A stretch of DNA of 64,000 nucleotides from an uncultured Acidobacteriota bacterium (GTDB lineage: Bacteria > Acidobacteriota > Terriglobia > UBA7540). Below are positions 1 to 9,683 of this stretch, piece by piece; the first letter of the stretch is position 1, and every line of letters starts with the position of its first letter. The translations under genes were made by a program, and so were the position numbers. The DNA is taken from positions 416,001-480,000 of the forward strand of contig CAWDSK010000001.1 in the NCBI GenBank assembly GCA_963804995.1, in the 5' to 3' direction. The notes beneath the pieces were generated by a model. That model ran no database searches. It saw only the letters and a list, made by a program, of their open reading frames with translations, and was not told where the DNA came from.

Positions 1-616
1 AGGCCGAATCACCGTCGGAGGTGAAGTAGTTGCTGTCTTGAATTTTGCTGTCCATCGTTCCGACCACGGTGAAGCGCATGCCACTGATGCGCACCGTCTC
101 ACCCACCGCCGGCCTGCCGGAAAAGAGCTTCTCGCGCAGACCATGGCCGATAAAGACCACGCGGCGGCGCTCAAGTTCGTCTTCGGCGGTAAGCCAGCGA
201 CCCTGGCTCGCGACTTCATTGCGCATCTCGCCATACTCGGGACACACACCGCGGATGGCGGTTTGGGACATGCGATCACCGTAAGAGATAGGCAGCCAGC
301 GGACGCTTTCCCGGCACACGGTCTTCACCAGCGGGGCTTCCTGCTGAATGTCCTCCACGTCCACTTTCTCAAAGTGCACATGCTTGCCGGCGCGTTCGCC
401 ACCCGCTTGCTCGCTGGTCTGCTGGGGCCAGCAAATCACCGCACCCTTGCCGAAAGCGTCGAACGCCGCGACCACTACGGAGCGCAGGCTGCTGCCGTAG
501 GCGATCAGCAGAGCCACCGCAGCAATCCCCCAGACAATGCCGAGCATGGTAAGGAAACTGCGCGTCGGTTGGCGCTTTATGGAGAGCCAGGATTGTTTTA
601 GGACCTCGGTTAGCAT
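1..616 (-). CDS. ABC transporter permease, MacB/FtsX family (runs off window edge)
   Basis: Minus strand from ATG at 616 reads MLTEVLKQSWLSIKRQPTRSFLTMLGIVWGI, a typical MacB-PCD N-terminus; paralogous to the upstream permease. Confidence 0.85.
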   Translation of the reverse strand, partial: MLTEVLKQSWLSIKRQPTRSFLTMLGIVWGIAAVALLIAYGSSLRSVVVAAFDAFGKGAVICWPQQTSEQAGGERAGKHVHFEKVDVEDIQQEAPLVKTVCRESVRWLPISYGDRMSQTAIRGVCPEYGEMRNEVASQGRWLTAEDELERRRVVFIGHGLREKLFSGRPAVGETVRISGMRFTVVGTMDSKIQDSNYFTSDGDSA

Positions 617-631
617 TTTGGCCCCCTCAGA

Positions 632-870
632 AAGAGCAAGTCAAAAGGCAAAGTGCAAAAGGCAAAATGCAAAAGTAAACGGCCAGGCGGCTTTGGCTTT
701 TGATCGGGGGAATAGCAAGCCTAACTCCTACAAGGGGCATTTGATTGCTGCGTCCAGACCGCACTGCATTGCAAGCCCCTAACTTCTTGTCTTCTTGGCA
801 GGGATTTTCGGGTCTTGGGCTTTTCACTTTTGCCTTTTGCACTTTGCCTTTTGCATTTTGACTTGCTCTT
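632..870. repeat. Inverted pair of heptamer-based arrays (CAAAAGG/CAAAGTG/CAAAATG) enclosing about 140 bp
   Basis: 632-678 aagagcaagtcaaaaggcaaagtgcaaaaggcaaaatgcaaaagtaaa is the near reverse complement of 821-870. Confidence 0.85.
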
Positions 871-890
871 GCGGCCGAAAGCGGCCTCGC

Positions 891-926
<36 letters not shown>

Positions 927-2186
927 TCATCCTCCTGCCTCAAACCGAAGCGCCTCGATCGGATCCACACGGGCGGCGCGCGTAGCGGGGTAGAGCGCGG
1001 AGAGCACGGCCACCGTGCCCAGGACCGCGAAGGAAAGCGTCCCCGCTTGCCAGGTGGGCAGCATGCCCCCGAAGAAGGGCGGCATGGGGATCAGATTGAT
1101 GAGCGCGCAGAGCCCGTACGCGATACCCATCCCTGCGCCGCCGCTCAGGAAAACAATGATCATGGTTTCGACAAAGAACTGTTGCAGGATGGCCCTGGAA
1201 CTCGCGCCTACGGCCTTGCGCACGCCGATTTCTCGGGTGCGCTCACGCACTGCCACCAGCATCACATTCATCACTCCGATGCCGCCCAGCAGCAGCGTAG
1301 TGATACCGATGGCGCCCAGGAAATACTTCATTGCGTCCATCAACTTTTCGAACGCCTTTGATTCCTCCACGGTGTCCCAAATGCTTGCGGCTTCTTTGTC
1401 GTGAGGATCGAAGTTGTGCAGGCGGCCGAGCGCGCGCCTGACCTGCCACTTGCAAGTCTCGTGCTCCGGGAGGGATTTGGGAACCACCAGCAAATGGTCC
1501 AGGGCCGTGGGCAAGGCCGGAGGCTTGGAAGGAAAATTCTGCAAGATGGCGCTGAAGGGGACAAATATCTTGTCCACATCCCAACCGTCGTAACTTGAGT
1601 TCTGGTCCTTGGCGGCCATGACGCCGATGACCGTGAAAGGGATTTCGTTGATGACAATGGTTTCGCCCACGGCCTGGCGTGTCGCGAAAAGTTGCTTCTT
1701 GATGTTGCTACCCAAGAAGGCCACGTGGCGGCCCGCTTGCTCATCGCCCCAGTCGTAAAATCTGCCCGCCTGGATGGTGATGGAGCGGATCTCCGCAAAG
1801 GGAGGGTAGGAGCCGGCAACCTCCGGCGAGGCGTTGTTGTAAAGGCTGCGGACCGGCAGGCTGCTGCGTTCAAGTTCCGGGAGCACGTAGCGGCAGGCGG
1901 TGGCTTCTTCCTGCACAGGCTGGACGTTGGTCGACTGCCAGGTTGTCGCGCGGCCCGCACGCAAACCCCCAGCCTGCATGCTGGTGCGCCCATTGAAGAA
2001 GATCATCAAATCCTTGGCGAAGGTCGCCTGTTGCCTCTCTTGGCCAACGCGCAGGCCTTCGCCCGCGGCCACCATCAGGGTGATGGAAATGATGCCCCAG
2101 GCGATTCCGAACATGGTCAAGAAGGTGCGCAGCTTGTGGGCCCAAAGCGTGCGGAGCGTGTTGAGAAGTAAGTCGCCGAGAATCAT
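927..2186 (-). CDS. ABC transporter permease, MacB/FtsX family
   Basis: LRTFLTMFGIAWG N-terminus; GGIGVMNVMLVAVRERTREIGVRKAVGA; ends YPATRAARVDPIEALRFE. Confidence 0.95.
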   Translation of the reverse strand: MILGDLLLNTLRTLWAHKLRTFLTMFGIAWGIISITLMVAAGEGLRVGQERQQATFAKDLMIFFNGRTSMQAGGLRAGRATTWQSTNVQPVQEEATACRYVLPELERSSLPVRSLYNNASPEVAGSYPPFAEIRSITIQAGRFYDWGDEQAGRHVAFLGSNIKKQLFATRQAVGETIVINEIPFTVIGVMAAKDQNSSYDGWDVDKIFVPFSAILQNFPSKPPALPTALDHLLVVPKSLPEHETCKWQVRRALGRLHNFDPHDKEAASIWDTVEESKAFEKLMDAMKYFLGAIGITTLLLGGIGVMNVMLVAVRERTREIGVRKAVGASSRAILQQFFVETMIIVFLSGGAGMGIAYGLCALINLIPMPPFFGGMLPTWQAGTLSFAVLGTVAVLSALYPATRAARVDPIEALRFEAGG

Positions 2187-2221
2187 GGTAGCGGTCCTGG
2201 TGTTGCGTCCTTGGCCCAGCT

Positions 2222-2297
2222 CTCAGCCATCAGCTTTCAGCGGTCAGCTTGAACCCCCCAGCTTTAGCTGAACGCTGATAGCTGACTGCTGATAGCT
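2222..2297. repeat. Inverted heptamer repeats (TCAGC.. / ..GCTGA)
   Basis: tcagccatcagctttcagcggtcagc followed by gctgaacgctgatagctgactgctgatagc. Confidence 0.7.
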
Positions 2298-2299
2298 CG

Positions 2300-3505
2300 C
2301 TATTGCAGCACCACCTGTTGACCCTCTTTCAATCCACTGAGCAGCTCGGTTTTGACGCCGTTCGAGATGCCCAGCTTCACAGCGAGCTTTTGGCGGCCGG
2401 TCTTCGCATGCGGGTCAGGTGTTTCGACAAAGGTATGGCGGTCCTTGTCGTAAATGACCGCCGCCTCCGGGAGTTGGACCACGTTGTGCTTCTCCTCCAG
2501 GATGATTTCGGCGTTGGCGGTCATGTTGGCTTTGAGTTCGCCGGTGGAATTGGCGATGGAGACCTTCACTTCAAAAGTCGTGACGTTGTCCTTCTCGACG
2601 CCCATGGGGGAAATCTTGGTGACCTTACCCTCGAACTTCTTTTCCTTAAGCGACTCCACCACGATGCGGGCGGGCTGGCCCATATAGACTTTGCTGATGT
2701 CAGCCTCATCGACCTTCCCTTTGACGTAGACTTCGCTCACATCGCCCAATGTCATCACCAGCGTAGCCTGGGAGCCGAGAACCAGGATAGAACTGACGGC
2801 GTCACCCACTTCCACGTCGCGCGAGAGCACCAGCCCTTCCATGGGGCTTACGATCGTCGAATTGCGCAGGTCCTCTTCCGCGCTATCCAGCGCCGCTTGC
2901 ATTTGGGCCACCTGGGCCTTGCTGCGAGCGATTTCAGCCCGGCTCACCGCCAGGTAGCGCTGGGCGGACAACTGCTTGTTCAAGGCCATTTGGTAAGCCT
3001 TCTCGCCGTCATCCAGAACGGAGGCGGAAACCAATCCGTCGGCCCCGAGCTTGCGGTTGCGCTCGACGGTAGACTTCAGAAAAGGCAGGTCGGGCCCTTC
3101 AGCGTCAACCTTGTTGCGCTCGTAGGTAGCTTGTGCGGACTCTACCGCCGCTTGCGAGGCCTTCAAATTGGCCTCCGCTTCCGCCACCCGCGCCCGTAAC
3201 TGCTCCTTGTCAAGTTCCACCAGGACCTGGCCTTGCTTCACGTGGTCGCCATAATCCACAAAGATCTTTTCCACAATCCCGCTCGCCTTGGATTTGACTT
3301 CCACTTTGACGAGCGGCTCGATCTTGCCCGTGGCCACCACCGACCGAGCCAGGTCGGCACGTGTCACGCTCGCGAGCTTCGAAGGATCAATCGTCGTGCT
3401 AGGACGTAAGGCCGCGGCAATGCCCAAGCCGCCACCCACCAGAATTAACGTGCCAATTGCCAAGAGGTACCACTTCTTCCGTTTGCCGTTATGGTTGTTC
3501 GCCAT
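2300..3505 (-). CDS. Efflux transporter periplasmic adaptor subunit (MacA/HlyD family)
   Basis: N-terminal TM, VEVKSKASGIVEKIFVDYGDHVKQGQVL lipoyl half, helical hairpin, IVSPMEGLV; start could be 3511. Confidence 0.93.
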   Translation of the reverse strand: MANNHNGKRKKWYLLAIGTLILVGGGLGIAAALRPSTTIDPSKLASVTRADLARSVVATGKIEPLVKVEVKSKASGIVEKIFVDYGDHVKQGQVLVELDKEQLRARVAEAEANLKASQAAVESAQATYERNKVDAEGPDLPFLKSTVERNRKLGADGLVSASVLDDGEKAYQMALNKQLSAQRYLAVSRAEIARSKAQVAQMQAALDSAEEDLRNSTIVSPMEGLVLSRDVEVGDAVSSILVLGSQATLVMTLGDVSEVYVKGKVDEADISKVYMGQPARIVVESLKEKKFEGKVTKISPMGVEKDNVTTFEVKVSIANSTGELKANMTANAEIILEEKHNVVQLPEAAVIYDKDRHTFVETPDPHAKTGRQKLAVKLGISNGVKTELLSGLKEGQQVVLQ

Positions 3506-3750
3506 TGCCACCCCCGGTAAGCTTGACCGGAACTATCCTCAAGCATCCATACGCGCCCAGCCTCTTAAATGTTCCCTGGCCCGCCCATGCTCCCGGGTAT
3601 CGATACCCTGTCGCGAGTTGGCCGGAGCAGATTGCGGGGACTACACCTGCCAGGGTTAGACGATGGTTCCTAAGAGAGGTTATCAGCCAACAGACGGGGC
3701 CGAGGGAGTGGGACCCGGGCGGATCGGGTCATCGGATCATTGAGTGATCT

Positions 3751-4224
3751 TGCGATTGGGCGATTGACGAGCTTCCATCCGTTGAGTTTGGTTCAGGTTC
3801 GCGTCCCAATCAGCCGATTACCGTAGCGGAGAAGTGTGGCGGGGGATGGCAGTCGGCTTGTGGATTGGACTATCGGTCCATCAGCACAAGGCGAAAATTC
3901 ATAGCCCTCTCCGAGGGGAGAGGGTGGCGCGCTGCCGGCGTACTCACCAACCGGAGCGCGGCGGGTGAGGGGTCACTTCGCGCCTATCGCCCCGACTGCC
4001 CATGGGGCTCATGTTCCGTCGTAAACCCACCGATAAGCGATGTGGGGAAGTGCGGCACAGCGCGGATTGGTTCATTGATTCATCGGGTCATTGAATCATT
4101 GAGTGATCGGGTGATTTGTGATTTGCGATTTGTGGTCTGCGATTGGGCGATTGACGGCTTCAATCCGTTGAGTTTGGTTCAGGTTCGCGTCCCGTCCTGC
4201 CGATAACCGTAGCGGGATAGTGTG
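3751..4224. repeat. About 88-bp imperfect direct repeats (3751-3838, 4138-4224) flanking a REP-like palindrome
   Basis: Both copies contain tgcgattgggcgattgacg..cttc.atccgttgagtttggttcaggttcgcgtccc...ccgat.accgtagcgg. Confidence 0.85.
3900..3978 (+). repeat. REP-like dispersed palindrome (ccctctcc..ggagaggg family), copy 1
   Basis: catagccctctccgaggggagagggtgg...gggtgaggggtcactt; homologous reverse-oriented copy at 57719-57800. Confidence 0.8.
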
Positions 4225-5041
4225 TCAAGGCCGGCGAAGTCGGTCGGTGTTCTCATCCCGCAATTTGGTTCCCTCGTCACTCGTCACTTGTCACTGGTCA
4301 CTGCTTTTGAAGTGTGTCACACGGGGGCAGGGGGATCGGGGTTAGGGATTTGGGCCTTTGGATTAACTGTTAGCTGTCGGCTGTGAGCTGTCAGCACGGA
4401 GACTTGTGTCACGGGCGAGGCTGGACGGATGTCGACTCGGCTGGGAAGCGGGCGCAGCGCCCCTCTGCATCGCGGCGATTCGTCCCCCATCGGCAACAAA
4501 AAGCCGCGGACCTAGGCGACCGGTCCGCGCGACGATTGCTTATTAGGGGAACTGCAACCACACGACGAGCGATTTAATCGCTATGGCGGTGGTGCAAAGT
4601 ATTGGAAGCCACCAGAGCTCGGAATCGGTTACCTTGGTTTTTTGCATTTGCGCATCCGGAAACGGGTCGAGGTCCTCTGGCTCCCGCGCTGTCCCCAAGT
4701 TCCTGATAAGATGCTCCCTTTTCTCCAGACACTGCCTACTGCATCACGGACAGTGCACTTCTGTCCGTGGGCTTTTCTCAGGCCCGATACCCCAGCGGCA
4801 ACCGCACGCCGTCAATCTGGATGGGCATGGCGCTACGGCCGGGAGTATGAAGTTGCTAACCCCGGAGTGATTCACTGCCGATGGGGTTTTGGGCAGCCAC
4901 ACCCTACCGTCAAGTCGTCCGGCTCCGGCGGGACGTCTGGAACAGGGCGTCGCAGAAGCGTCGGGTCAGCCGTAAACACCCCGGACGCGACCACTCGCAC
5001 CATGGCAATAACTTTATGGCAGCGCCTCAGGCCTCCTGGCA

Positions 5042-6439
5042 TTACTCGTAGGTCTCGCAGTTACACCACTTGCCTTCTTCATCGTAATGGGGCCAGGGAC
5101 CGCCCGTGCGGAATCCGGAAACAATGGGATCGTCATACAGGGGCGTAGGCGCGAAGTAACCGGGCCTCCGCAGGTGCGCTTTCACCACCTCATCGTTGAG
5201 TTCAAGGCCGAGTCCAGGCTTCTCCGGAACCGTCACGAAGCCATCCTTGATAATCGGCTTGGGAACGCCGGTCACCAGGTCCTGCCACCACGGCATATCC
5301 AGGGCATGGTTCTCCATGGCCAGGAAGTTGTCTCCGAACGTGGCGGCGCAATGGTATCCCGCGAAGCCGCCGATGGGCGATCCGGCGTGGTGCATGGCCA
5401 CCTGGATGCCCGCCATCTCGGCATAGTCGGCAATTTTCTTGGTCTCCAACAGCCCGCCGGAGGTTTCAATGTCGGGATGAATCACTGCCACCGCGTGGTT
5501 ATCGATCAGCGGCCGGAAACCCTCTTCCAGTCCGAAAATGTCTTCGCCGGTATTGATAGGAGTGGTGGTGGATTCGCTGATTTGCTTGTAACCGCGCCAG
5601 TTTTGCCAGAACCACTGATGGCCTTCCTGGGCCTGCAGGATATCCTCCGCCCAGGCAAGCTGGTATTTCTCGAAGGCCCGGGCGTAGCGGATGGAATCCT
5701 GGATGTTGAGCGGCCCGAAGTGGTCGGCGGCGAGCGGGGCCGACCAGCCGATCACGTCACGGATGGCGGCAATGAATTCGCACAGGTAGCCCAGGCCCTT
5801 GTCGGTGGCCACCCCGCGATCGTTGACGGCGCCCGGCCGGTCCTTCACCAGGTCCGTTTCCAGATCCATCTTGAAGAAGGTCACACCCATCGCCTGGCGC
5901 TTGCGCATGCGTTCCGCGTACGTCTTGACATCCGGGTGAGCGGTGGTATCCGCATAGATGCGAATGCGGTCGTGTTTCTTTCCGCCGATCAGCCGATAGG
6001 CCGGAACGCCTAACACTTTCCCGGCAATATCGTGCAGGGCCATATCTACCGCGCTATACCCTCCGCCCATACGTCCGTGCCCGGCAAAGGGGCGAACCGT
6101 TGCCAGGTTGCCCTCAATGTCCAGAGGGTTCTTCCCCAGCAGGTGCGCCTTGAGGATCAGAGCGATACCTTCCACCCCCGCGTCGCGCACTTCCCCCAGT
6201 CCGTAAACATCCTGGTTGGTGTAAATTTTGATGAGCGGATAGTCATAATTCGCGGCCACCCGGCAGGCGCGCATGTCCGTAATCTTCAGCCCGCTCGGAG
6301 CGGAGTTCCGATTCACCGTTTCCTGCGCGCTCACCGATCCCTGGGTCGCCTGGAACAAGGGACCCCACAGGGCCGCCGCGGCGGCGCTGCGCAGCAGCGA
6401 CCGGCGGGTCATCCTTGCCTTCTCACGATTGCTAACCAT
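5042..6439 (-). CDS. Mandelate racemase/muconate lactonizing enzyme (enolase superfamily) with Tat signal
   Basis: TRRSLL Tat motif; SAVDMALHDIAGK, FFKMDL, ADHFG, WAED, TGED metal-ligand motifs. Confidence 0.9.
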   Translation of the reverse strand: MVSNREKARMTRRSLLRSAAAAALWGPLFQATQGSVSAQETVNRNSAPSGLKITDMRACRVAANYDYPLIKIYTNQDVYGLGEVRDAGVEGIALILKAHLLGKNPLDIEGNLATVRPFAGHGRMGGGYSAVDMALHDIAGKVLGVPAYRLIGGKKHDRIRIYADTTAHPDVKTYAERMRKRQAMGVTFFKMDLETDLVKDRPGAVNDRGVATDKGLGYLCEFIAAIRDVIGWSAPLAADHFGPLNIQDSIRYARAFEKYQLAWAEDILQAQEGHQWFWQNWRGYKQISESTTTPINTGEDIFGLEEGFRPLIDNHAVAVIHPDIETSGGLLETKKIADYAEMAGIQVAMHHAGSPIGGFAGYHCAATFGDNFLAMENHALDMPWWQDLVTGVPKPIIKDGFVTVPEKPGLGLELNDEVVKAHLRRPGYFAPTPLYDDPIVSGFRTGGPWPHYDEEGKWCNCETYE

Positions 6440-6717
6440 ATTCTCCTCCTAGGGGTCGTGTCCCAGCGGGTAGCCACGCTGTCGCCGCGGCTGAAAGTCC
6501 GCCGATCTTAATGGCGGGCGACCTGTCCTGGCGATGGGATTTTCTCACGCCCGATGCCCCAGCGGCAACGCACATCATCAATCTCGATGGGACACCCCGC
6601 CCCAGTTGCCATGCCCAAGGCAGAATCGTTGTAACTCGACCGCCGCCAGAAGAACCCACGGTCAGAAAATCACTGACCGTGGCTACCCCGCTGCCTCGGG
6701 GATATCGGGTATGAGAA

Positions 6718-6933
6718 CTAAGCACGACTAGAATGCCCGGCACTATGGATAACTTGAACCCTGCCGACTTTACCGCTCTGCAGCCTTACCTTGATCCCGT
6801 GCGGGTGGAACGGGGACGTCGTGAGAAGGTCCTGGACGATGCCTCGGGTCTGTTTCCCTGTGGGCTGGTCCTCTTTGAGGACAACTGAAACGTCTGCTCC
6901 ACGCGCCACGTCACTTCGGTTCCGTCCATCCAT
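6718..6933 (-). CDS. YwbE family (DUF2196) small protein
   Basis: MDGRNR..VVLKEDQPTGKQTRGIVQDLLT.SPFHPHGIKVRL.SGKVGRV matches the YwbE pattern. Confidence 0.88.
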   Translation of the reverse strand: MDGRNRSDVARGADVSVVLKEDQPTGKQTRGIVQDLLTTSPFHPHGIKVRLQSGKVGRVQVIHSAGHSSRA

Positions 6934-7072
6934 GGAACTTACCCCCTTCAGACCCTCGTCAAAAACTTCATGCGGGCTACATATCACAATAATCCATGGG
7001 GATAACAAAATCATCCCGGCCTCGGGGCAATCGGTCTACATGGCAGTGCAGCTTCCAGGATGCCTTTCACGG

Positions 7073-7668
7073 TCAGAAGAGGTATTTCAATGCGAACTGA
7101 ACCAGACGAGGGGCGACCGAGGTTTGGGTGATCACACCGAAGTTTGCCGTCCCCAGCGACGTGCCGGGATTCGCGAACTGGGGATGGTTGAGGGAGTTGT
7201 AGAATTCGACGCGAAACGCCAGCTCGGCGTTTTCCCGCAGGCCTCCCACCACAGTTCTCTTTCCCAACGATATATCGGTATTAACCTGTGGCGGCCCGTC
7301 CAGGAGGCTCTGGCCGGCGTTGCCGTACCCCGTTGCGCCATCGGAACCGATCGCGGGCGCAGCGCAGATGGCTGACGTATTGATCCAGCCGCCGAGTCTC
7401 GCTTCCACGCTGCCGGAGGTGGCCAGGGCCGCCCGACCCGGGCAGAGCGTTACGGTTGAGGGCGAAGCCTCACCGTAGACGCTGCCTCCGGCCGGATCGG
7501 TCGGGGTCAGCGGCAATCCGCTTTGCACGATAACCAACCCGGTTGTAGTCCACCCGTTCAACAGTTTCCCCGCCGCGCCCGTGCTGTGGACGGAATTGGG
7601 GAACTGGTAATCGAAGTTGGTAACGATCCGGTGCGTGCGGTCAAAGGACGCGCGCGCCCAATTCCTAG
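7073..7668 (-). pseudogene. TonB-dependent receptor, C-terminal part separated by IS1634
   Basis: RASFDRTHR...FRVEFYNSLNHPQF...FGVITQTSVAPRLVQFALKYLF; joins in frame to the 9684-12676 part once the IS is removed. Confidence 0.9.
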
Positions 7669-9683
7669 CCTGCCTTTCGCACTTCCACCCGCTACCGGGC
7701 TGATTTTGGCAGCTTGCGGTGCACAAGGTCTTTGCCTTCAATGGGCGCGGGTTGAAGAGTGCTTGTAGGCCCGACCTACCCTCTTTTCTGGGGCGCGAAG
7801 GTCTGGCATTCTGGGGCGTGCACCTGAAGATTCATCGACGCAAAAAGGACGGCAAGGAACATCGTTATTTCAGCATCGTCGAGAGTCGGCGCGTGTCGCG
7901 CTCGAAGGTCGTGCATCGGACGGTGCTGTATCTGGGCGAAATCAACGACAGCCAACAATCCGCGTGGCGCAAGACGCTGGAGGTTTTTGACGAGGACCGT
8001 CGCGTCCTCGCGTCCCTGAGCCTCTTCCCGGAGGACCGCGAACTTCCTGCGGATGCTGTGGACGGCGTACAAGTGAAGTTGAGTGAAATGCGCGTTGAGC
8101 GGCCGCGCACCTTCGGTGGCTGTTGGTTGGGCTGCGAGCTGTGGCGCCAGTTGAAGCTGGACGAGTTCTGGCAGGCGAGGTTGCCGGAAGGGCGCGAGGG
8201 AGTTCCGTGGGAGAAGGTGCTACGGCTGCTGGTGGTGAACCGGTTGATCGAGCCGGGCAGCGAATTCCGTGTGCATCGGCACTGGTTCGATCAGACCGCC
8301 ATGGCCGAGTTGCTGGCAGTGAACTTCGCGGTGGCCGAGAAGGACCGGCTCTATCGTTGTCTGGATCGAATACTGGCGCACAAGGCGGAGTTGTTCCAGC
8401 ACCTGCGGCTGCGGTGGCAAGACCTCTTTGCGGCGCGCTTTGATCTGCTCCTCTACGATCTCACCAGCACCTATGTGGAAGGAGAGGCGGAAGCGATTCC
8501 CAAAGCCCGCCACGGTTACAGCCGGGACGGGCGGTTCGACTGTCGGCAGGTGGTGATCGCCCTGGTGCTGACGCCGGAAGGTTTCCCGCTGGCCTACGAA
8601 GTGATGGAGGGGAATACTTCCGACCGGAACAGCTTGCGCGGTTTTCTGGACAAGATCGAGAGCGTGTACGGCAAGGCACGGCGGGTGTGGATGATGGATC
8701 GGGGAGTTCCCAGTGAAGAACTGCTGGCGGAGATGCGCACCCCGGGGCGGGAGATGTTTTACCTGGTGGGGACGCCACGGGGCAAGATCCGGCAGTACGA
8801 AGCGAAGTGGACGGAACTGCCGTGGCGGAAGGTGCGCGAGTCGGTAGAGGTGAAACTGTTCGCGGAGGAAGGCGAGTTGTATGTGCTGGCGAAGAGCGCA
8901 GGCCGCCAGGCGAAAGAGATGGCCATCCGTCGACGCAAGCTGGCACGGCTGTTGTGGAGGCTGCGGGCCTTGCGGCGCGTGTGTCCGACGCGTGATGCGT
9001 TGCTGATGAAGATCGGAGCAGCCAAGAGTGAAGCCGGACGGGCCTTCGGTTTCGTGAAGATCAGCGTGCCCAAGGCCCAGGAAGAAGTGACTCGCCAGAC
9101 CTTCCAGTTCCGGCTCGAGCGCAGCAAGTTGGAGGAAGCGGAGCGGCGCGATGGACATTATCTGTTGCGCACCAATCTGACGGGGGAAAATCCCGAGGTG
9201 TTGTGGGACCGCTACATGCAACTGGCGCAGATCGAAGCGGCCTTTAAGTGTTTGAAGAGTGAGCTGGGAATTCGGCCGATTTATCATCAAATAGAACATC
9301 GCGTCGAGGCCCACATCCTCATTGCCTTTCTGGCGTACGGCTTGTGGGTGACGCTGAAACAGCGTCTGCAGGCCCACGCTCCGGGCCTGACGCCGAAAGC
9401 GGTGCTGGAGAAGCTGGCGGGCATGCAGATGCTCGATGTGTCTTTCCCGACCACGGATGGGCGCCGATTAGTGATGCCCCGCTACACCGAGCCGACACCC
9501 GAACAAAAGCTCCTGTTGCACGAACTGCAGCTCGTGCTCCCCACTCAGCCACCGCCCAGGATCACGGTCCAGCCGGAAATCTTTCCTGCTGGAATGCTGC
9601 GTTTGTAGGCCAGACCTTGGCAATGCCTGTACTGAAAAGAAGCGAGTTAACCCAACTCAACACCCTGAAGTGCGAAAGTTCGG
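7669..9683 (+). mobile_element. IS1634-family insertion sequence
   Basis: Terminal inverted repeats CCTGCCTTTCGCACTTC / GAAGTGCGAAAGTTCGG; CTAG on both flanks (7665-7668, 9684-9687). Confidence 0.92.
7818..9608 (+). CDS. IS1634 family DDE transposase
   Basis: LLYDLTSTYVEG, GYSRDGRFDCRQVV, WMMDRG, IEAAFKCLKSELGIRPIYHQ; GTG start at 7818 inferred. Confidence 0.93.
   Translation: MHLKIHRRKKDGKEHRYFSIVESRRVSRSKVVHRTVLYLGEINDSQQSAWRKTLEVFDEDRRVLASLSLFPEDRELPADAVDGVQVKLSEMRVERPRTFGGCWLGCELWRQLKLDEFWQARLPEGREGVPWEKVLRLLVVNRLIEPGSEFRVHRHWFDQTAMAELLAVNFAVAEKDRLYRCLDRILAHKAELFQHLRLRWQDLFAARFDLLLYDLTSTYVEGEAEAIPKARHGYSRDGRFDCRQVVIALVLTPEGFPLAYEVMEGNTSDRNSLRGFLDKIESVYGKARRVWMMDRGVPSEELLAEMRTPGREMFYLVGTPRGKIRQYEAKWTELPWRKVRESVEVKLFAEEGELYVLAKSAGRQAKEMAIRRRKLARLLWRLRALRRVCPTRDALLMKIGAAKSEAGRAFGFVKISVPKAQEEVTRQTFQFRLERSKLEEAERRDGHYLLRTNLTGENPEVLWDRYMQLAQIEAAFKCLKSELGIRPIYHQIEHRVEAHILIAFLAYGLWVTLKQRLQAHAPGLTPKAVLEKLAGMQMLDVSFPTTDGRRLVMPRYTEPTPEQKLLLHELQLVLPTQPPPRITVQPEIFPAGMLRL

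Noticed and set aside
4583..5041. Cys/His-containing ORFs in the intergenic gap
   Set aside because: No recognisable family, RBS or consistent frame; left unannotated
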